DNA from: Bacilli bacterium | GTDB taxonomy: Bacteria > Bacillota_I > Bacilli_A > ML615J-28 > CAG-698 | Length of the DNA: 64,000 nt | Reading direction: 5' to 3' | Assembly: GCA_050953065.1 (NCBI GenBank) | Contig: JBMNLZ010000003.1 | Location: 320,001-384,000, forward strand | Shown: positions 48,045 through 60,848 of the stretch, piece after piece | How the letters are laid out: the number at the start of each line of letters is the position of its first letter | How positions within the stretch are numbered: position 1 is the first letter of the stretch | Translations under genes and position numbers: made by a program | The notes under the pieces: generated by a model | The model's database searches: none | Told to the model about the DNA's origin: nothing | What the model saw: only the letters and a program-made list of their open reading frames with translations

Positions 48045-49275
48045 TTAAAACAAATCAATTTTCTCAAGATTTAATTTAAATAATTTGACCTTTTTATTTT
48101 CTGAAGATGTTAATATTTTTATTTTTTCCAATTCATTTAACAATCTTAAATAATATTGTTTTGAAAAATTATCGTTTGAAAACTCTTTATAATCTTTCCA
48201 ATTAAAATAACCATTTTTAGTAAAATGAATTATTAAAATATGTTTTAAAGCAATTTCATTAGAACGAGGCATTTCTATGCCTTTTTTTGTTTTTAATTTA
48301 TCTAGTATTGTATAAAAATTAATATATATTTTTGAATACTTTAATATTATATCTCCCATATATTCTAAAAAGTAAGTTATATCATTTTCTGATTTTCTTG
48401 AATTCATAATTGCATTATAATAATCCTTTTTATGAACTTTATTATTGATAGCTTCACTAACTAACAACAAACTAAGAGATGGTGCTTTTTTAAAATTATA
48501 CCAAAAGGATAGCACCCTTCCCATTCTTCCATTATAATCAAAATAAGGATGTAAATATACTAAATAATAATGAATTATATGAGAGGCAATCAAGTGTTCC
48601 TCATATTCTTTTTTTTGATTAATATAATCAATTAATCCATCCATTAATTTAGGCAGCATTTGCCAGTTTACACCTCTATCAATAACTGTATTTAATGCAT
48701 CTACAATGCTTACCTCAGCATGTCTATAAAAATTATTTGGTAGTAATTTTTCTTCTTCTTTTAAACATTTTTTAGATAATATTTCATATAATTTAAAAAT
48801 GTTTTCTTTTGTTATATCATTTTCTTTAACAAACTCATATCCAAGTAACATATTTTTAATGATAATATCATTTTTTTTCTTCTAAATCTTCATAATTTAC
48901 TTTACTTAATTTTTCAATTTCAGCTCTTGTACTTCTAACACCTTCTATTGCTAAACTAGATTCAATTTCAGAAAAAATAAAACCATTAAGCATTTCTGAA
49001 TCACTAAAATCAGAAAATTGATTAACTACAGAATTTCTAATCAAATCTTGACTATCAGCAAACTTTCTAATAATTTTTTTGCTATTCCAATAAAAAAGTT
49101 TTTCCCCTTTTTGATCATATAAGTCTAATTTCAAATATTCTTCATCTATTAGTTTTCCCTGATAAACTTCAGCCATATCATTATGAGTTAAACCATGTTT
49201 ATAAATAAGTTCTGATTCTCTAGGATAATGATCTAATTCTTGACACAAATTTTTAAATTTATTATACACATTCAT
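48045..49275 (-). pseudogene. Fic-family protein split by +1 A in an A8 run (48871-48878)
   Basis: SSLAIEG in upstream ORF, HPYFDYNGRMGR in downstream ORF; removing one A fuses them as EEKNDIIIKNMLLG. Confidence 0.85.
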
Positions 49276-49285
49276 TTTTTTACCC

Positions 49286-49378
49286 TCTTACAACAATAGT
49301 TTACAATACTGTTTACGATATGTCAATATATTTGTTTACGATTTAGTTTACAATTTTGTTTATAATTAATCTTACAAA
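49286..49378 (-). promoter_or_regulatory. fic promoter embedded in 12-bp-period direct repeats
   Basis: TTGACA-17 bp-TAAACT; GTTTA(C/T)(A/G)AT at 49299, 49311, 49334, 49346, 49358. Confidence 0.7.
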
Positions 49379-49411
49379 ATTAATAAAAGGCTTGATACGC
49401 AAGCCTTTTAT

Positions 49412-49960
49412 TTAAACTTTCTCAAATATTATAACTTCACTATGACCAAATGATTTATTTTTTAAAACTTCTAAACCCTTAACTTCTAAATTAATTTCCT
49501 TTTTCATAATCTGACAAATAATTATAGCCTTATCTTTTAATAAATCATCATTAATTAAAGTTTCAATTATTTCATTAATTACCTTTAATTTATATGGTGG
49601 ATCTAAAAACACAATATCAAACTTTTGTTTATTATCTTTAAACTTCTTTAGCGCATCTAAATAATCCATATTTAGAATACTAGAATTACTAGATTCTTTT
49701 GCTTTTAAAACATTTTTCTTAACAATTTCTAATGCTAGTTTATCTAGTTCCACAAAATAAGTAAAACTTACTCCTCTACTTAATGCTTCAAGCCCTAAAG
49801 CACCAGAACCCGCAAATAAATCTAAAGCAATTCCACCTTCAAAAAAGGGGCCTATAGTATTAAAAATAGATTCTTTCATCCGATCCATCATCGGACGAGT
49901 TGTTGCACCTTCTAAAGTATAAAGCATCATCCTTTTATGCTTTCCTGCAATAATTCTCAT
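49412..49960 (-). CDS. rsmD: 16S rRNA m2G966 methyltransferase
   Basis: MRIIAG, TRPMMDRMKESIF, LDLFAGSG, FLDPPY. Confidence 0.95.
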   Translation of the reverse strand: MRIIAGKHKRMMLYTLEGATTRPMMDRMKESIFNTIGPFFEGGIALDLFAGSGALGLEALSRGVSFTYFVELDKLALEIVKKNVLKAKESSNSSILNMDYLDALKKFKDNKQKFDIVFLDPPYKLKVINEIIETLINDDLLKDKAIIICQIMKKEINLEVKGLEVLKNKSFGHSEVIIFEKV

Positions 49961-50856
49961 TTTTTCTTCTCCTTATAAGTTGGAGCATAAATCCTTAAAT
50001 GATTATGAAGGTTTTTAACTTTAATACTACCCTTTGGTCCTTCTTCTCCATCAACACACCAAGTAATATTATCATCACAAACAACTTCAAATTCAGAAGA
50101 AGAAAAATATCCTACATATCTATATTGTTTTTTCTTTCTAAAAGCAAAAATAATTGTTTTAACTAAATTAAGCATTCCTCTAAAAAGACCATACTTAACA
50201 GCTATAATATCAAAAACACCATCATTTAAATGTCCTTTTTTATTAAATTTAATTCCACCCGCTCTCACAGAATTTAGAATTAAAAGCATTGGGACAACAC
50301 CTTCAAAGTTAATATCTTCGCCCTTAATAACAATTTTGGCTACTTTAGGTTTAAAAAAGTCCTTTACACCATCAAAAAAATAAGCCAGTCTTCCTAATAT
50401 TTTCTTAGCTTTTTGTTTAGTCCTGTAACTTACTGCAGTAAATGTCCCCATCCCTACAACATAGAGAAAATATCTATCGTTTACTACACCAACATCATGA
50501 TTAATAATATTTCCATCAGTGATTACTTTTACTGATTTTTTAATATTCTTAGAAATCTTTAAATTTCTAGCAATATCATTAACAGTCCCAGATGGAATAT
50601 ATCCTAAAACCGGTCTTTCCTCACATGAAGCAATCCCACAAGCAATATCATTAAATGTCCCATCGCCTCCAGAAAAAACTAAAACATCATATTCCCCACA
50701 AACTTCTTTAGCTTTTGTAACAGTATCAAGAGCTGATTTTGTTGCATAGATATTAACTTCACCAAAAACCTTTTTTAATTCGCTTTTGATGAAATTAACT
50801 TTTTTCAAAATCTTTCCCTTGCCACTAATGGGATTATACATAAAGATACATTTCAT
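49957..50856 (-). CDS. Diacylglycerol/lipid kinase (YegS/DAGK family)
   Basis: YNPISG, GGDGT, PSGTVND, VDGE. Confidence 0.93.
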   Translation of the reverse strand: MKCIFMYNPISGKGKILKKVNFIKSELKKVFGEVNIYATKSALDTVTKAKEVCGEYDVLVFSGGDGTFNDIACGIASCEERPVLGYIPSGTVNDIARNLKISKNIKKSVKVITDGNIINHDVGVVNDRYFLYVVGMGTFTAVSYRTKQKAKKILGRLAYFFDGVKDFFKPKVAKIVIKGEDINFEGVVPMLLILNSVRAGGIKFNKKGHLNDGVFDIIAVKYGLFRGMLNLVKTIIFAFRKKKQYRYVGYFSSSEFEVVCDDNITWCVDGEEGPKGSIKVKNLHNHLRIYAPTYKEKKK

Positions 50857-51041
50857 AATAATTTCTCCAATTACTACTATTATAAACGATTAATTCGCCT
50901 TTTAAAAGGAAAACCTTATTAAATAAAGAACTGTCTATTTAAAATGTTTATTAATAGCATAAATTTAGCCTATAATCGCCTTTCTACTACTATCTATATA
51001 AATTCATGTATAAGGTGTTTTAATCAAAACAACCCATTTTT

Positions 51042-52871
51042 TTAGATATTTTTAGAAAGTTCTATTTTTGTTGTAATAAACTGATTTTTATATAGTTCAA
51101 AGTACTCTCCTTGTAGTTTTAATAAATCACTATGGCTTCCTTTTTCAATGATTTCACCATTTTTAATCACTAAAATTAAATCAGCATTAATTACCGTTGA
51201 CAGCCTATGAGCAACCATTAAACATGTTCTATCTTTAGTAATCTTTTCAATTATTTTTTGAATACTTAATTCAGTCTTAGTATCAACTGAAGAGGTAGCT
51301 TCATCTAAAATCAAAATCTTTGGATTACTAATTAAGGCTCTTGCAAAACAAATTAATTGACGCTGCCCAACAGATAATTTAGAACCACCCTCTCCAACAA
51401 TTGTATCATACTTATTATCAAATGTTTGAACAAAATCATCTACTCCAACTTCTTTAGAAATTTTAATTATTTCTTCATTTGTTGCATCAAGTTTACCATA
51501 TCTAATATTATCATAAATAGTCCCGTTAAATAAAAACGGATTTTGAAGAACATAGCCAAGATTAGCATGTAACCAAGAGATACTTCTTTTTTTATAATCT
51601 ACACCATCAATCTTAATAATACCTTCGGTCGGCTCATAAAAACGACTAATCAAATTAACAATCGTTGATTTTCCACTTCCAGTTTCACCAACTAATGCAA
51701 CATTCATTCCTTTTTTTACTTTTAAATTAAAGTTTTTTAAAATTGTTTGGCCCTTTATATAACTAAAACTAACATTCTCAAATTCAATTTCTCCTTTTAG
51801 ACTTCCCCATGATTCTTTTTTAGGATTTAGAATTGTTCCATATTTTTTAATGACATCTTCTGTATCATAAATATCAAGTGGTGTTTCAATCAAAGACATA
51901 ATTCTTTCAGCTGATGCTTGAGCTTGTTGTAGTTCAGCAACCACAGTTGAAATATGCATTACAGGATCAAAGAATTGAATTGTACAAGTAATAAATAAAT
52001 AAAGTACTCCAAGTCCTAAATCACCCCTCATTACCATGGCTCCACCTAGTCTCATGACAAATAAAACACCAACATATGAGACAACCATTAAAATAGGGAA
52101 TAAAATAGCCGAACGAGTAACTGCTTTAATCGCATTTTTCTTCATATCCCCACAAAGATTTTTAAAATCCTTATTAGTTTTATCTTCTAAAACTAACGTT
52201 TTAGTAGTTTTAGAACCAGCTATTCCCTCATTATATGAGGCTGTAATTTTAGAGTTTATTTTCCTTACCTTTCTGTAAGCTTTTAAAATTGTTTTTCTAA
52301 AATAAAGTCCTATAATAAATATTACTGGAGTTAATAAAATATTTACTATAGCTAAACGAATATTAGTTATGATTAGAATTATCATAATTCCACTCATCGT
52401 AGCTAGTCCCCAAAGAATATCAACCAATCCCCAAGATAAAATACTAGATAACTTTCTAGAATCAGACGTAAGACGTGCCATAATCCAACCAGCTGGAGTC
52501 TTATCATAATATGAAAAAGGTAGATTTTGAAGTTTTAAAAAAGCTTCTTTTCTTATTTCATAGGCCACCTCTACCTCAACTTTTCCAGCCATTTTAATAA
52601 ATGTAAAAACAGTAACCCCATATCCTAAAACAACTACAGCATAAAAAACTATAAAAAGAGGTAATTTTTCAAATTCTTCATTTTCAAAAAATGTTGTAAT
52701 TCCATATGAATTTAAAAGAGGATAAACAACATCTAAAACTGCTAATCCAATAATTGCAATAATTAAAACAGTAACATGTAATTTATTCTTTAAAACTAAT
52801 TTTAGAATCTTCTTCCAAACTTTAGAATCTATTTTTGAATTACTATAATCATGTTCTTCAAAACGGTTCAT
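51042..52871 (-). CDS. ABC exporter, permease + ATPase
   Basis: TMD, GETGSGKST, LSVGQRQ, ILDEATS. Confidence 0.95.
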   Translation of the reverse strand: MNRFEEHDYSNSKIDSKVWKKILKLVLKNKLHVTVLIIAIIGLAVLDVVYPLLNSYGITTFFENEEFEKLPLFIVFYAVVVLGYGVTVFTFIKMAGKVEVEVAYEIRKEAFLKLQNLPFSYYDKTPAGWIMARLTSDSRKLSSILSWGLVDILWGLATMSGIMIILIITNIRLAIVNILLTPVIFIIGLYFRKTILKAYRKVRKINSKITASYNEGIAGSKTTKTLVLEDKTNKDFKNLCGDMKKNAIKAVTRSAILFPILMVVSYVGVLFVMRLGGAMVMRGDLGLGVLYLFITCTIQFFDPVMHISTVVAELQQAQASAERIMSLIETPLDIYDTEDVIKKYGTILNPKKESWGSLKGEIEFENVSFSYIKGQTILKNFNLKVKKGMNVALVGETGSGKSTIVNLISRFYEPTEGIIKIDGVDYKKRSISWLHANLGYVLQNPFLFNGTIYDNIRYGKLDATNEEIIKISKEVGVDDFVQTFDNKYDTIVGEGGSKLSVGQRQLICFARALISNPKILILDEATSSVDTKTELSIQKIIEKITKDRTCLMVAHRLSTVINADLILVIKNGEIIEKGSHSDLLKLQGEYFELYKNQFITTKIELSKNI

Positions 52872-54689
52872 TTAATTCACCTCCTTAGAAACTAATTCTT
52901 TAAATTCATCTTCTAAAGAGCCTTGAATTTCCCATAATGTTTTATATAAACCTTCTTTTTTTATTAAATCCTCATGTCGTCCAATTTCTGTGATATAACC
53001 TTTTTCTAAAACCATGATTTTATCAGCTTGTAAAGCAGTTGTAATCCTATGCGTAATAATAATTGATGTTAATTGTTTTTCTCTCATCTTTAAAGCATTT
53101 CTAATATTTAAATCAGTCCTAGTATCAACAGCGCTTAAAGAGTCATCAAAAATCATAATCGGTTTATTTAAAACAAGCATTCTAGCAATTGCTAAGCGCT
53201 GTTTTTGGCCTCCCGATAAAGTTACGCCCTTTTCTCCTACTAGCGTATTATAACCTTCTTTAAATTGAAGAATATCATTATGAAGGCTGGCAATTTGAGC
53301 AGCATTAAAAACAGACTTATTATCAAGAGATGAATCTGCAATCTTAATATTTTCCATAACAGTTTTTGCATAAATAAATGGGTCTTGTAAAATAATCCCA
53401 ACATTTTCTCTAACCCATCTTTTTTTAATATCTCTTAATTCTACACCATCAAGTTTAATTGAACCTAAGTAATCATACATTCTAACCAAAATATTAACAA
53501 TCGTAGATTTCCCAGCCCCAGTCTTTCCAACTATAGCAATAGTCTCCCCACTATTTATTTCAAAACTAACATCATTTAAAATATGTTCTTTATTGTCTTC
53601 AAATTTAAAACGAACATTTTTAAAAACTATGTTTCCTGTTATTTGAGGAGTTAATTTTCCATCATTTACATATTCAGTTGGTTCATTTAAGATTTCTTCA
53701 ATTCGTTTTGTAGCAACAATTGTTTTAGAAAAATCTCCTATAATTCTACCAAGTCTTCTAATTGGATAAACTAACATTCCAACATACATCAAACATGCTA
53801 TGATATCTCCAATTGAAACAATCCCTGTTTTTGCAAAATAAACTGAAACTATAACAGTTAGTGCATATTGACCGATTGTAACTAAATCACTAAAGCCCCA
53901 AAAAAAGGCCATTGCATTATTTATCTTTTCAGAACTTTCCGTAAACTTCCTACTTTCTTCTTCAAATCTACTCATAGCATATTGTTCTCTTGCAAAAGCT
54001 TTTACCACTCTAACACCATTAACATTTTCTTGTAAAACGCTAATCATCTTAGCTTCGTTTTCTTCACTAATCGTAAATTCCTTATAGATATATCTAAAAT
54101 AAATAACTGAAGTTACAAAAGTAATTGGAACAGTTACTAAAGTAACTAACATAATTCTTAAATCAATTAAGGACATTTGATAAACACCTGCTGAAAGTGA
54201 TGCTATAACAAACAATAACTCAGGCATTTGAACACTTAAAAAAGCTCTAATTGTTTCAACATCAGATGTACATCTTTGAATTAAATCTCCAGTATCTAGT
54301 TTACTGTGGTATGTATATGGTAAATCTTGAATATGAGAAAAAAGATTTGTTCTAATATCTTTAGCGATGCTTTCTGAATATACGCCTTTAAAATAACCAT
54401 TTAAAAAAATTATAATTCCTCTTAAAATTAAATAGGCTATTAATGTAATACCTAAGGCCCAAATCGCAGTTAGACCATCAAATTTGTTTAAAAAAGCCAA
54501 TAAAAAAGAAGGGAGATTAATATCGCCTTCAATTATTTCACTTGAACCTAAAATAACGTCCATTAAATACTTTATGAATTGAGGCACATAAGAATATGTA
54601 ATCGGTGTAAAAATTGTTAGTAAAGCAATTAGAACTACTAACACCCAATACTTCTTAACCCATTTCATAAGTTTGAAAAATGTCGACAT
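52872..54689 (-). CDS. ABC exporter, permease + ATPase (degenerate-site half)
   Basis: GKTGAGKST, LSGGQKQR, IFDDSLS. Confidence 0.95.
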   Translation of the reverse strand: MSTFFKLMKWVKKYWVLVVLIALLTIFTPITYSYVPQFIKYLMDVILGSSEIIEGDINLPSFLLAFLNKFDGLTAIWALGITLIAYLILRGIIIFLNGYFKGVYSESIAKDIRTNLFSHIQDLPYTYHSKLDTGDLIQRCTSDVETIRAFLSVQMPELLFVIASLSAGVYQMSLIDLRIMLVTLVTVPITFVTSVIYFRYIYKEFTISEENEAKMISVLQENVNGVRVVKAFAREQYAMSRFEEESRKFTESSEKINNAMAFFWGFSDLVTIGQYALTVIVSVYFAKTGIVSIGDIIACLMYVGMLVYPIRRLGRIIGDFSKTIVATKRIEEILNEPTEYVNDGKLTPQITGNIVFKNVRFKFEDNKEHILNDVSFEINSGETIAIVGKTGAGKSTIVNILVRMYDYLGSIKLDGVELRDIKKRWVRENVGIILQDPFIYAKTVMENIKIADSSLDNKSVFNAAQIASLHNDILQFKEGYNTLVGEKGVTLSGGQKQRLAIARMLVLNKPIMIFDDSLSAVDTRTDLNIRNALKMREKQLTSIIITHRITTALQADKIMVLEKGYITEIGRHEDLIKKEGLYKTLWEIQGSLEDEFKELVSKEVN

Positions 54690-54704
54690 ACATCCCCCTA
54701 TCAA

Positions 54705-55364
54705 TTATTCTTGATAAACAGTGTTAAAATAAGAAACTAATAATTCTTTAGCATTTTCAAAATCCTCTAATTTTAGCAAATTACTTCTTGCATAATATAC
54801 CAAACTACTATCAGGATTAGTTTCTTCATCAAAATAAATATAACTAAATGTTGGAATAGAAAAATCACTAGCAACAAGCGAATTTCCATTTGGTTTAATT
54901 AACGCTTTTGTTAAGTCGTTTAATTCTTCAGCGGTAATTCTACTTGCATTTATATAATAAATTGTTTTAATATCATATTCTTCTTTTGCTAAAGTGTTAG
55001 CAGCGCCAACATATTCATCGCAAACTTTCTCACTTGGAGATCCATAATATAAATGAAATGTTTCTTTTGCAGCGATTTTTTCCTTTATCTTTTCAATTGT
55101 TGTATATTCAAAAACATGTTCTGCACTACCTAAAGAAGGATATTCTTTAGCAATTGTTCCCTTGCTAGTTGAAGGAGCAAATGTAATTACATTAAAGATT
55201 ATAATCAAAGCTATTGCCAGTCCTGCTACTGCAAAAATTATTCCAAAAACTTTTTTTTCTGTTTTTGTCATTGGTTCTCTATTGCCAATCATTTCCTTAG
55301 CACCTTGAGTTGGAATATTACTCATTGCAGTTTTTGGTTGTTTTTTCTTCCTATTTCTAGCCAT
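54705..55364 (-). CDS. Membrane-anchored thioredoxin-like protein
   Basis: One TM helix; LYYGSPSEKVC, IYYIN, IPTF. Confidence 0.55.
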   Translation of the reverse strand: MARNRKKKQPKTAMSNIPTQGAKEMIGNREPMTKTEKKVFGIIFAVAGLAIALIIIFNVITFAPSTSKGTIAKEYPSLGSAEHVFEYTTIEKIKEKIAAKETFHLYYGSPSEKVCDEYVGAANTLAKEEYDIKTIYYINASRITAEELNDLTKALIKPNGNSLVASDFSIPTFSYIYFDEETNPDSSLVYYARSNLLKLEDFENAKELLVSYFNTVYQE

Positions 55365-55484
55365 TTTATTACCTCCGAAATTTCTATATGAATTATAACA
55401 TAGTTTTATTTTTTTTACTAGATTTTAATTATATAATCTTTATTCTTTAAAAAGAACTCATATCTTATCTAATTTAGGACAAAT

Positions 55485-55518
55485 AAAAATCTTCTAACGT
55501 ACATGTTAGAAGATTTTT
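55485..55518 (-). terminator. rRNA operon terminator
   Basis: AAAAATCTTCTAAC...GTTAGAAGATTTTT inverted repeat. Confidence 0.8.
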
Positions 55519-55531
55519 AAATTACTAAAAA

Positions 55532-55607
55532 TGGTGACCCGTACGGGATTCGAACCCGTGAGTGCATGCGTGAAAGGCATGTGAGTTAACCGTTTCTCCA
55601 ACGGGCC
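55532..55607 (-). tRNA. tRNA-Glu(TTC)
   Basis: GGCCCGT acceptor, CTTTCAC loop, CCA. Confidence 0.96.
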
Positions 55608-55614
55608 AAAAAAA

Positions 55615-55691
55615 TGGCGCCCCCACTAGGACTTGAACCTAGGACCCCATGATTAACAGTCATGTGCTCTAACCAACTGAGCTATGGAGGC
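55615..55691 (-). tRNA. tRNA-Asn(GTT)
   Basis: GCCTCCA acceptor, CTGTTAA loop, CCA. Confidence 0.96.
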
Positions 55692-55715
55692 ATTTTAATA
55701 AAAATAGAAAGGAAG

Positions 55716-55826
55716 TAAGGCAACTTCCTACTTTTGCGGGGAAGCCCAACTATCATCGGCGTTAAAGTGCTTAACTTCTGTGTTCGAGATGGGAACAGGT
55801 GTTTCCACTTTGCTGTTGTCACCATA
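55716..55826 (-). rRNA. rrf: 5S rRNA (ends approximate)
   Basis: CACCTGTTCCCATCTCGAACACAGAAGTTAAG conserved core. Confidence 0.93.
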
Positions 55827-55862
55827 CTTCTCTTTCAAAATTGAATAGTACTTCATCGCTTT

Positions 55863-58729
<2,867 letters not shown>

Positions 58730-58835
58730 ATTCTTTTTATTTAAACACTAAAATTTTTAAAAAGTGTTCTTACTTTCTTGCGACAAGTACTATTCAATTT
58801 TCAAAGATCTATTTTTATTTCTATTATGTTAGAAA

Positions 58836-58912
<77 letters not shown>

Positions 58913-59026
58913 ACAAATTAAATATTTTAGAAAGACAAAGTCTCTCAAAACTAAATAGAACATGATGGAGTAAAAAATCAAAGAAATTTAAAATAATTTT
59001 TGGTTAAAGGTTTAACCTTTCTCCTT

Positions 59027-60560
<1,534 letters not shown>

Positions 60561-60631
60561 AAAGTTTATTCCTTACTCCACCTGTTCTATTTAGTTTTCA
60601 AAGACCTTATTTTTTTGTTAGAGCATTTATC

Positions 60632-60739
60632 ATTATACCACATTCAGGGGTATTGTCAACATTTATTTTACTTTTTTTACTAAATTACCCATTTTTAGGC
60701 AACCTTATACATTATACTACTTTACATTTTCTAAGTCAA
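60632..60739 (-). promoter_or_regulatory. Tandem rrn promoters P1 (60711-60739) and P2 (60632-60659)
   Basis: TTGACT-17-TATAAT and TTGACA-16-TATAAT. Confidence 0.85.
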
Positions 60740-60768
60740 TCAATTTATTTTTACTCTTAAAAGGGTTA

Positions 60769-60803
60769 AAAAAGGCTTAAAAGTTTACACCTTTAAGCCT
60801 TTT
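60769..60803 (-). terminator. Terminator after lipoprotein gene
   Basis: AAAAGGCTTAAA...TTTAAGCCTTTT. Confidence 0.7.
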
Positions 60804-60848
60804 AAAATGTTTTTTTCTAAAACATTAACTTCTTTTCCAACTTAAATC

